Shown piece by piece: positions 51,207 through 62,010 of a DNA stretch of 64,000 nucleotides (the stretch's first letter is position 1; the number at the start of each line of letters is the position of its first letter). Where the stretch lies: positions 620,001 through 684,000 of the forward strand of contig AP026142.1 of NCBI GenBank assembly GCA_030295235.1, given 5' to 3'. The notes beneath the pieces are model-generated. The model saw only the letters and a program-made list of their open reading frames with translations. It was not told the origin of the DNA and did not search any database. The stretch comes from Fistulifera solaris. Lineage: Eukaryota. A program made the translations under genes and the position numbers.

Positions 51207-51727
51207 TTCACGAATCATGATTCACGAAGCGTGTACAACCCCTCTTGCTCATCGGAGGTGCACCGTCTTCCTGCGAAGGACTGAAAGGTTCGGATGTTGT
51301 TGTGTTCTTCATTGCTTATCCGTTTTAAGCTATTCTTGCACTTCAAGCGTGTACCAGCTTGTCTCGTAATCGAAATGGAGCAATGAAGAAACGGACGGAA
51401 CAGACCCGGCAAATGGTCAAGAAGTGTTTGCATGGCGATTATTGGCGGCGGACTTTTCCATTTCGAAATCTAAACGGAGAAGGCTGTGTTGAGCCTGTTT
51501 AAGTAGGCGCGCAAGGAAAGCCAGCCGTTATTATTATTATTAACTTTCAGCTGGCAATCTTCTTTTGTTGTCGAAACTCAATTGACTATTGACAGCTAAG
51601 CGACCTGGATCTAGCTTCTGCATTTGAAGAAAAAATGAGCAACAATTGATCCTAGGTAGGCAAGAGAGGATAACTTGTTAGATAATCAAGAACAACAGAT
51701 CAGACTCATGTACTATTTTTTGTTTAG

Positions 51728-52740
51728 TTAGTTAGGAGGGTAGACAGGTCGACTCGGTAGCTGGGGCGGCGACATAGCTTGGGGCGGACCCGGCGGCGGA
51801 GCAGTCAGCCCCTGAGGCCACGCGGTTTGGGGTGTCAACACCTGAGGAATGATAGTGGGGTAACGAGGATCGCTTCGTAATTGCCGTACGTCTGCAAAGT
51901 TGTCCACTACCACATCGCCTGGACCCTCATCGTCGCTGTATTCAAGGGGACGGCGACGACTTCGGTCAAGCCGTCTTCAACGAATTTGTTGTTGACAATA
52001 CGGATCGTTCCTCCTCCGGGCATTTCGCAAATGAAATGGTATGGTTGACTTCCACCACCACACTTTAGGTCAAACTCCTGTGGCGTGTTATTGGGCCCTT
52101 GCAGTACTTGTACTTTCAAATTGAAGGATTTTTTACCGACATAAAACGACCATATGACGAGCTGAACACTTTTCACACTGGCGTCAAATGACCACGTGCG
52201 AACAGCACCTCCCCCTTTCGGTTTGATATTACCTCCCTGCACCTTCGTTTTCACATTATTTTCCCACACCGCATCCGTATAGGCGGCAATGGCCTTGTTA
52301 CGCTCCTTACCGGCTGGCATGACACCCGCGTACATTGGGAACTCTGGATCGAATGTGCTCACTTTGACGACCTGCGGAGGGTACATTTTCTTGAACTTGA
52401 GTACAGCGCGGAAAGGGAATTTGATTCCATCTTCCGAGTCAATCACCATCGTGTGCGTCGTTCGCAAAGGGCCACACCAGAGTTCTACCTTTGCCTTGAG
52501 CGGACGGCCTTCGGTCGTAAAGTACAGTTGGCATCGCTCTACTCCGGGGGGCATTTGGAACGTTCGAACCGTGTTTCCACCGTCAAGGCGTTGCAGCGGC
52601 ATGTCAGGAACTAATTCAAAGGGTATGGCTTGCAAATTCGAAGCCGATGTTTTTGTCGGAGTCTGAATAAGGAAAGCGACAGCCTTCATCATATAGGAGG
52701 CAAACACACATATTCCAAAGACTTCACGGGTAAATTTCAT
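51728..52740 (-). CDS. signal-peptide protein with two internal repeats, unknown function
   Basis: Signal peptide ..AVA-F; repeats GGNTVRTF..GRPLKAKVELWCGP and GGAVRTW..KVQVLQGPNN; Pro-rich tail after a frameshift near 51920. Confidence 0.7.
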
Positions 52741-53265
52741 CTTTAGAGTTGATTGAATTTTGAAAAAAAGCCGTAGTTAATCTGCCGAAGGATCGGAATC
52801 CGATGTGCAGCAAACGAACTGTTTATGATGGATTTTAGTGATGGATTGGTGGATGGACTGATCCGTGATGATCGTCCGTGCGTACTTTTGTGAGCGTTGA
52901 AAATTGAAAACAAATCCGAAGTTTTCTCGGTTGGGATACTACAAATATAGATTTAAAGTGAGCGATTAATTAACGGGTACGACATCAACATCCAATGCGC
53001 CAAATGACGTATGTTTTTCTCAGAAAAACGATCCATCACTGTAAAGTTGATAAGTGGTGGAGTGTACTGTGACTTGTACTGTACTGAACACGGAAGGGAG
53101 CATGTGAACCTTTGAAGCGAACGATCTAGCTAAACTAGATAGTCTCTACCTTTTTAATTGTCACGCGTAACAAACTAGAACCATGAGATAGGCTAGAAGG
53201 AACAGGTCTTTAGTTAAGAAATAAAGCAGCATCATTCATCGAAACTATTGCTAATCGTTATCGAT

Positions 53266-55599
53266 CTATCCATAATGAGCAACCATCGTTTCGATTTGGT
53301 CCAAAAGCTTGTGGCATATCTCTCCGCACTGATCAGGAAAATTGCTGGAGGCTGTCTGAGCAAGCTCTGAAACGTTTGATGCTTGCATTGCCTTGAGGTT
53401 TTCGTGAATAGCAAGTTCGTAAAGAACTTCACACGCGTGTTGCTGAACCTCCACTTGGTGACTGTATAAAACCATTGCCAATACAATAGCGTCCAGTCCT
53501 TCTTCCTCTACGATTCGGATTTTGCAAGACTGATCGATGGCGAGGTTCGTCAGTAAAGCACAGCCCATCTCTTGAACAACGGCAGAGTTATCAACGTGCG
53601 CTTGCATGGCATTGATGATGGCAGCAATTCCGCCTACGTCAACAATAAGTCGCGAATTCCTTTCTTGAAGTGCCAACGTAAAGAGAGCGCGGCAGCACCA
53701 TTCCAAAACACCAATAGCGTCCGCATGGACCCACATGGCTCTCACGAGAACATCCACACCCCCGCAGTCTCCAATCAACGCACAGCTACCGGGGATCCCA
53801 GCGAGGTTCGACAACGTCCAAGCCCCTACTTCTTGTACACCAACGGCATCCCTGTGAATTTGAAGAGCCGCAATTGTCGCATCAACACCCCCAATGTTCG
53901 TAATCTCAACCTTATTTTCGTCACAGTTGGCGGAAAGGTTTCGAAGACCTCTTAAAGCCTTTTCTTGCAACTCGGAACTCGATGAATGCATCACCATTGC
54001 GATGGTCAATGCATTGCCGCCTCCATCGTCCATGATTTTGCTTTTCATCGATGAAGGATGCGACGAAAGATTTGCAATGACAAGACATCCTTTCATCAAA
54101 ATGAGTATATCGTCGCTGTGCTTGGTCATCGAATTCACCACTTTCTTGACAACACCGCTTTGCACCATCACTTCAACATTCAACTCTAAAGCTGCAAGAT
54201 TGGCCAACGCTGCTAGGGCTTGCTCTTGAAGGTCAGCATTTTCGACGAATGATTCCAAATTGCGAAGCAGGATGTCGACAGCTCCCGCTTCAACAAAAGC
54301 GTGTTGGTTTTGTGGTATCCCGGTCGCATTCCATATCGCCCCGCAACCGTAGACTTGTAAATCGGCAGACGACGCGAACGCATTCATTGCTTCAACAATT
54401 ACTCCTATTCCGCCAACATTCGATAACGTATTGCTCTCCTCTTCTGAAAAATGTATTTGCGAAAGTTTCAGCAGTCCCGCGAATATCACGTTTGTATTAC
54501 CTTCATAATGTCTCATAGTGTTTAAGATTCCGACAAAGTCGGATCCCATGTTTTCAATCTGATCGACACCCGCATTATCTGATTCTTGATTTGAGATGAC
54601 CTCATGAATGGCGACAGGTACGTCTTCGTCGTAATGATGGCTATCGGAATGTTGCTCTAGATCGGTCTCAACGTGTACATCCAGCATCGACTGAGCATAT
54701 GTGAACGAAGTGGCGTCATCCGATATTCCAGATCCGATGGATCTCGAACTTCCAACTCTGAGACTACGATTGCTTCGACTGTATCGCCCTACGGAGCCAT
54801 CCGATGCTGCAGGAGAATGAGGAACAAACGCCCCGCCTCGATTGAGTACTCGTTGCGCTTGGCGCTCCATAAAGAGCGCTTCCTCGGTCGCAATTTGATC
54901 CAGCTGCTCCTGACTCAGGTCCGAAGGCATCCACATGTCGATCTCATCATGCGTATGGCCGGGATGGATGTTATGGATTTGATTTCGGAGATCGTTGGGT
55001 AAATGATGCGGCGGCCGAGATTCGGAGGCAGTACCGGCCCCGATTCCAACCGGTGTCGAAAACGCCCGGGGTACTCCTCGGACCGGGCCTCGCGTACTGA
55101 ATGAACCATCGGATTGCTCATCTCCATTCATACGAGCCGATGAACCAGAATGCGAAGATGCACTCTGCGAACTCGGAGATATCATAGGTCCGGACATTGT
55201 ATGGCGGATCACGCGATTTCCGGGTGATTGTGTACTTCGAAAACTACTCGGTGCGGGAGGAGCCCGAGATGTCAACCCGAACGAGCGCTCGGAACGTCCT
55301 AAATTTAGCTGCGATAAATTAAATCGTTCCAAGTCTTCATCTGTTGCTCTTCGCGAAACCGCCGGAATATCTTCACCGTCGCTCGCGCTATCTTTGGATG
55401 ACAAAGGGTGACAATTCAGGCAACGTCCCTTGAGTACTAATCCGTGTTCGGTAATAGGTATTGATTTGAATAGTTTTTTCTGAAAACATTTCCTTCCGCA
55501 AGTAATACATTCTCCTCGTTTACGTCGTTGCTCTTCTAACTGATCGCGACTCATGACAGAGCCTGTGGCGCTATCGAAAGCATTCCCAAAGCCGTCCAT
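53266..55599 (-). CDS. armadillo-repeat protein with N-terminal Cys4 motif
   Basis: Intact 777-aa ORF; CITC..CLNC; about 8 ARM repeats (GCGAIWN, ALAALANLA, GAWTLSNLA, GCALLTNLA). Confidence 0.85.
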   Translation of the reverse strand: MDGFGNAFDSATGSVMSRDQLEEQRRKRGECITCGRKCFQKKLFKSIPITEHGLVLKGRCLNCHPLSSKDSASDGEDIPAVSRRATDEDLERFNLSQLNLGRSERSFGLTSRAPPAPSSFRSTQSPGNRVIRHTMSGPMISPSSQSASSHSGSSARMNGDEQSDGSFSTRGPVRGVPRAFSTPVGIGAGTASESRPPHHLPNDLRNQIHNIHPGHTHDEIDMWMPSDLSQEQLDQIATEEALFMERQAQRVLNRGGAFVPHSPAASDGSVGRYSRSNRSLRVGSSRSIGSGISDDATSFTYAQSMLDVHVETDLEQHSDSHHYDEDVPVAIHEVISNQESDNAGVDQIENMGSDFVGILNTMRHYEGNTNVIFAGLLKLSQIHFSEEESNTLSNVGGIGVIVEAMNAFASSADLQVYGCGAIWNATGIPQNQHAFVEAGAVDILLRNLESFVENADLQEQALAALANLAALELNVEVMVQSGVVKKVVNSMTKHSDDILILMKGCLVIANLSSHPSSMKSKIMDDGGGNALTIAMVMHSSSSELQEKALRGLRNLSANCDENKVEITNIGGVDATIAALQIHRDAVGVQEVGAWTLSNLAGIPGSCALIGDCGGVDVLVRAMWVHADAIGVLEWCCRALFTLALQERNSRLIVDVGGIAAIINAMQAHVDNSAVVQEMGCALLTNLAIDQSCKIRIVEEEGLDAIVLAMVLYSHQVEVQQHACEVLYELAIHENLKAMQASNVSELAQTASSNFPDQCGEICHKLLDQIETMVAHYG

Positions 55600-56241
55600 T
55601 CTTGTCGATATACAATGCCTGCGCTAATACACTTTCCCTCGCAAATACATAAACCGCTAATATAGTTTGTTGCTTCTTTTGCCTTTTATATATCCTTTTG
55701 TTATGGTTGCTTGGAATCAAATCAAGTGTTTGCTCGAAGAATAATCTCGTTGATAAGCCGTCCCTTGCTTGTGGCTATTCCCATGGTCACAGCTGTATCT
55801 CGGAATGCGTTATCATGTTGAGCTTCGTTTCTTCCACTCCGCAGTGTAAATTGACCTCCTCGATGGTCTTCCTACTGATTGTGCTATACATTTGGTGGGC
55901 AAACAGGACCAAAAGCGACGCCGTCGCACAGTTCGTCATGACGGTCACGCGTCCTACCGCGCGCGCGTCATACACATTTGTAGTCTCCTGTTGGATCATT
56001 CTCGTTTTTAGATTAAAGAGTGAATATCGTTACGACATGATTTTATCGGAATGTCTTTCACTCTGACTGAAATTTATGGGAGAAACTTGGGACTGCGGTC
56101 CAGACGAATGACTGGAGCGAAACACCAACAACAACAACTTTTTGTGTTTCACCAACATCACATAGGACGTCGATCCATACTCTCCGTCTCATTTTATGCT
56201 TTCAAGCGAATAAAAAAATTACTATTTCATTGTTGAATCTA

Positions 56242-57920
56242 TTAGGGACACTTCCGGTTGACGATGGCAGATCCCCATTCTTCGTACTCTTGTTTGGAGA
56301 TCCACATTTCGTGAAAGTTTCCCAAACTACCTAATATACTTCCGCCTAGCCAACTTAAAATGGCCCGCTCGGACAACGAAGGTGTCAGCAAGCGCACCCT
56401 CCAGCCCGGTGTGTGAGCATGAATCAAAGATTCAATCTGATCGCGCAAATAATCCGGGACAGCCTGCTCGGTAGGTCCCAAACAGGAGCCTCCTCCACCT
56501 AACACAACGTTTCCTAACAGCGCGGCTTGTTGTTCCCGGTCACATCGGTACGCGGCGTCGCACACCATCGAAGCCACTGGGAAGGCCGTCAACTGATCGT
56601 CCAAAAGCGTTTGTAAGTGTTTAGTACAAGCACGATTCATTTGTCGATTAGAAAAGAGTCGACTTGGCTGCTGCTTTTGTTTCTGTGTTGCTTGCTGTTT
56701 GTTGCGGCGCTTTGACAATCCAACAGCAGCTTCCTCGGAAAATTTGTCATCCTTCTCTGACTTTTCTTCGTCGTCGTCTTCATTGTCGTCAAATTGCGAC
56801 TTCTCAATGATTTTCTTTAAATTCGACCGGCAATCTTCTAAATGCTGCTCCCGCAATTCGACAGTCGCTGGCGAGCTACCCAACACCAAATCAGCCGCCG
56901 CGAAACGATCCACGGAGGGAACATCCAGCACGGTTCCGTCAGGCAGTGTGTAGGATTTGCTGGGCGCATGGAACGCGGTATCCGTAATGTTGACCGCAGC
57001 TCCCGCTCCAAACTCCCGGCATTCTCTAGCCAATTCCATCCGTGCCGCGAAATGGATCGATGGACGCCGCTGTGGACGCGGCAGAGTCTGCCCTTCCGGA
57101 TCCAGATACTGTTGTACAGGTCGCACCTGATAGAGAGGTCGAATGCCATCGTGCGCGGCCGGCTGTTTCGTTTTGTACAATGCATCCAATCGTTCTAATA
57201 TTAATTGATCCATCGCACGAACACCTGTGGGAGACCGACGGATCCCCTTGGTCTCCGCGAATCCTTCAAAGACTGGTGTCACGGTGGTTCCGGAGTGTCC
57301 GATATCCACCACCGTCGCCGTCGTGCGACCACATCCGTAACACATCAAGACAGCGTCTTTCGCGATGAAAGCGGCGGGGACGTTCATCTCTTCCATTAAG
57401 CATTCAAGCGTCTGCTGTCGAATAGCGGGTGTATTGTAGGATCGCTCAATCATCAAGAAAGGATGTTCTTCGATTTTGGCTTGTTGCAATGCCGTGCTGT
57501 ACCCATGGTGCAAGAAATCGCGCAGCAAATCCAAACCATCCGAGCCTTGCGTTGAATCAGGGTCGTACATGAGTCCGGATGTAGGATTGATAGGATTGCA
57601 TGTTTCCCAATTTCCGTCATCAAAGGTTTTGCGTTGAATCGGATGAGTATAAAAATCATGATGAACTCCTTGAATTCTCCGTAACTTGTCTTCTTGACGC
57701 AACACAGCAACATTCTATAATGTAAATTAGGGTATCATAAGATGATGAGTATTCCAACGCGCTTTATAGAGAAGGAAGGAGTGCGAGAAAACAGAATGAT
57801 ACGCACCGACGGAAAGTAACTTCGCGGAGCGTCATCGCCAGCCCAGCCAATCTTGGTCGCATAATGACCAATTTCGGCAACTACAGCTCCTATGTCATCA
57901 CCTCCTGCAAAAGCTGCCAT
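56242..57920 (-). CDS. ARP4: actin-related protein 4 (ARP4/BAF53-like)
   Basis: GGDDIGAVVAEIG..GWAGDDAPR; intron 57715-57806; TATVVDIG; C-terminal WLGGSILGSLGNFHEMWISKQEYEEWG..KCP. Confidence 0.85.
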
Positions 57921-58101
57921 TGTCTGTAATTGTTGATGATTCTAATTGATTTGCGCTGAAAGAAGGGACGAATTTTTGAATTTGTTTTGCCAAACTGCGA
58001 GGCGGTTTTTGTTATCATGAAAGTTTATTGCGTTTTGCTGCGCGTCGCTCGACGGTCGACGCAAGGGCCTACAGAAACCAGAGCGACAAAAAACGCCTAC
58101 A

Positions 58102-58153
58102 CTATAAACCGTAGTGTAAGCGACGTTTCTCCACGACTGGATCTCAGTCATGA
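58102..58153 (+). promoter_or_regulatory. bipartite intergenic element, near-full copy
   Basis: CTATA-AACC-GTAGTGTA-N13-CACGACTG-GATC-TCAGTCATGA. Confidence 0.6.
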
Positions 58154-58334
58154 CCTGAAACGAGTTTGTCTGGACTCGAATAACAATTCTCAGAAATATT
58201 CTTGTCCTTGATGAATGTGAGGTGTCTGGAAATCATATCTTTATAATTATAACTATCGAGTATCCACAAACACTTTTATGGCGTTGCTTAAACATTTTGC
58301 GACGCTAGTTCCGGACCCTTCGCTGGAGTATTGA

Positions 58335-58387
58335 CTATAGGCTCAAAGTGTTAATTCTAGGGCTACACGACTGGAACTCAGTCATGA
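58335..58387 (+). promoter_or_regulatory. bipartite 53-bp intergenic element, full copy
   Basis: CTATA-GGCTC-AAAGTGTT-N13-CACGACTG-GAAC-TCAGTCATGA. Confidence 0.65.
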
Positions 58388-58645
58388 GCTACAACGGTTT
58401 ATTGCTGCGTAAAATTTTTAGGTTGTAATGATAAAGGACTTCTTGATCAAACAATCGTCATTGTTACAATATATGAAGGTGCCATTCTACTCTCTAGCTG
58501 TTGAATAGTAAATATGAGCAGATTGATTCGTCTCGCACGATTAAAGCGGTTTTCTTTTGTGAAAACGGCAAGTTGAAAACGTTTGCGAAAACCGCACCTT
58601 GAAACCGTTTCCAACAAGATAAAACGGCACCTTCACGAATCAAAA

Positions 58646-61600
58646 ATGTCGTCTCCTAAACTCAAAATGAGCTCACAAAATTTCCCATCGAGCAATCGAA
58701 ATCATCACAACACACAACAACTCTCGATTCATCATGAAGTTCCTTTCTTTGCTCATCACGATGGCATCCGCCGCTCCGATTCCTCTCGATCGCTTTCAAG
58801 CGATGCTGCAGACCGAAGTCCAGCACGAGTTCGCTGTGAATCATCCTCACAGTCGTCAGCTACAGGACGACCTGTGGGATGCCGCCTGCAACATGAGTTG
58901 AACGTTGCGGCAGAACGCGAAGCCCTCGAGCATACTCCGTCACCCTTTTTGGTGTGCGATTTCACCCTCGGCAAGACCGGTGACTTGTGTCGCGCCGATG
59001 TTGGTGCTGAATTGAAGACAGACGATCTATTGCCAGTCATTAATAAGTTCGATCAAACGTGCTTTATTGTGGAAGCGCTCCCGTCGGTCATTGCTGGACC
59101 TACCAACTTGGCCGCCATTCCTCTCACGGCGGAAATGAAAATGGGGCAGAATTTGGTCGATCAAATCGAGCAACGACAAATTCAGCGCATGGATGCTACA
59201 TTCTGCCTCGGACAGGTGCAAACCGATGAAGAAGCGCATGATTTAGCGGCTCGTGTGCTCTCGGAACGCGAACGTCACTTGTCGGCCTTTGTGGAAGGTC
59301 GTGTGTACCGTTCGCAAGAACGAGAAGGGTTTTGGCGTCGTCGACTGCAAGAAGATATGGACGAGGCTATCTGTGAAAGCGTTTATGCCGAGATGGAGCT
59401 AGATATCAGCACGAGCAGTCTGTCAATCGAGTTTACGGAGGAACACACGCGATATTCGGAATGCCTTCAAGCTCTTGTGGTGCACCTTGCTACACGGCCG
59501 GAAATTTGCTTTGTGGGTGGTTATCAACGAATCCAATTACTCAATGATGTATCCAGCGGCATTGTGCAAGATGGTGAAAACAAGAACAAATTGTTTCATC
59601 AGCGGGGTTTGAACGGAACTGGTCAAGTGGTCGCGATGAGTGACACTGGTAAGTCATGATTCCTTTGCTATTTTAAAATGAACATCGACTGAGTCGCTCA
59701 CACAAAGTATGCGTACTTCTTCAGGTGTTGATGTCGATAATTGTTATTTCTATGACCCCCAAACATCAGTCATGAAGACAAGAAGCATTCGTTTCGATCC
59801 ATCCGCCCGCAAAATCATACAGTACTATACCTTTGGTGATGGCTACGAGGGACCCAGTGGTCATGGAACGCACGTAGCCGGAACAATCGTAGGCCATCGT
59901 GGAGATGGAAGAGACGGTCGTGGAGATGGGATCGCTAAGGGAGCGAAACTCGCTGTTTTTGACATGCAAGGACCAGAAGGCATGAGAAGACCGCACGTGC
60001 TCGAAATGTTCGAACCAGGCTACGTTGCCGGAGCTCGCATTCATTCTGCTAGCTGGGGAATTCCCAACGAAAATCGTTACACTGCTTTTGACCGTGACAT
60101 TGATAAATATCTGTACGACCACCCTGATTTCCTGTTCGTGGTGGCTGCTGGTAATTCAGGAAGCGGTAACATCCGCAATACCGTTGCTTCTCCGGCCACA
60201 ACGAAGAATGGCATTGCTGTCGGTGCAACGGACAATTCAATCGGCGGTATACTCGCCGAATTCTCGAGCCGGGGGCCTACGTCAGATGGTCGCATGAAGC
60301 CAGATGTGGTTGCACCAGGGTTGATGATTACGTCGGCGAGAGCCGATCCTTCTCTCCGTGGAGAATGTGATGAGTCAAATGGGCTTGTTCAAATGTCCGG
60401 AACTTCGATGGCTACACCTCTTGTAGCAGGCGTGGCTGCGGTTATTCGTCAATACTTTGCTGAAGGGTGGTACGAAAATGGATCAAAAAATCAGATGATC
60501 GGCTACCAGCCCCGTGCGAGTTTAGTCAAGGCTATCCTTATCAATAGTGGAGAAAATTTGCGTGGAGTTAGCGGATCATACCCGACGGAACCCTATGACA
60601 TGCAGCAAGGCTTTGGTCGCGTCAACATGAAGTCGTCATTGCCACATGGTGGTGACGGAAGCGACATGAAAGCCATTTTCGTCAATGCTCAGCGTATCTC
60701 CAGTGGTGATGAAATTACCTACAACGTGAAAATAAACGATGCTGCCGTCTGCAGTGGTCCACTCAGTGCAACTTTGGTATGGACAGATCCTGCCGGTGCT
60801 CCTTTTTGCAACATGGGGTGCGTACTGAACGACCTCGACTTGTTCCTAACGCGAAAAGGCAGGGAAGGAAAGATCTTTCCCAATAATCTCAATCAAGCTG
60901 ATTCCACCAACAACGCGGAACGTGTACGAATTGAGAATCCACTGCCCGGTGACACTTACTCTGTCCATGTGAAAGGAACCGAGCTTCTGGCGTCGCAAGA
61001 TTACTCGTTAGTTATTTCAGGTTGTCTGACCGATGCCACGATAAAGGATGATGTAACTAATGACGAGGAATCGGTCGCAGAGCATGATGCTGACTGTGAA
61101 GATGGTTTTGGTCTTATCAGCATCAATGATAACATGATGAAGAACTGCACCTGGCTGTCTGCAAACATTGACGAATATGGGTTCTTGTGCTCATACACTG
61201 ATATTGTGTCTGAGTGCCCTTCAACTCTGCAATCGATGCTCTTATAAACAATTGGAGATCGGACGTGGCTTCATAACAGCAAATCTTGGCTCAGGTACTG
61301 CCCCACTCCGTTGGTATGGTATCACATTTGATTTGAAAACCCGAGCTTCGCTGACTTTTCAAGGATTGAGCTTGTATCTAAGTTCCAAAGAAGCATTCCG
61401 GGTTCAAGTTTTTATAAGCAACGGTGACCGCAATTCGGTTGAGAAGAATCCTCTTGCTGCATGGATTCCCGTGTGCGATGCCGTCGTCACAGGCGCCGGG
61501 ACAGCAAAAGAAATTAAAATTGAGGGATCAGAACACTGCCGTCCCTTTCCTATGAACGAAAACTCGTTTTTCACGATTCAAGTTGAGGTCGAGGGCACCA

Positions 61601-61914
61601 GACCGGGTCTGATTCTATCGAAACACAACGATGGTATGGATCATGTAGTACATGTGAATGAGCACATGGTGATTCGTTCTGGTGGCGCCGCGTTTGGCAA
61701 CGAAGGATATACCCTAGATGGCTTCGTGAAATACACTACAGCAGATGATGATAACTGCAGGGATAGTTCAGGAAAAGTGGAAATTCAGGAAGTAGGAGCA
61801 AAGAGTTGTGCCTGGCTTGAAATGAATTTTCACAGATTTCGTCATCTTTGCGACACAACTCAAGTAGCAAGTTATTGCCCAAGGACTTGCGGCGTGTGCA
61901 AGGAAAAACAATAA
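58646..61914 (+). CDS. subtilisin-like S8 protease (KP-43/TagC-like) with Cys-rich C-terminal repeats
   Basis: Catalytic triad SDTG (across intron 59649-59724), HGTHVAG, GTSMATP; AAGN oxyanion residue; TLVWTDP..NDLDL..NNAE; frameshift near 61225. Confidence 0.9.
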
Positions 61915-62010
61915 AACAAAAGAAAATATTGTGCAGCAACAAATACTTTTAAAAATCGCAATAAATTTTAGAAACAAAGAAATCAACTGGAAGATTTATA
62001 CTCGTAGATA

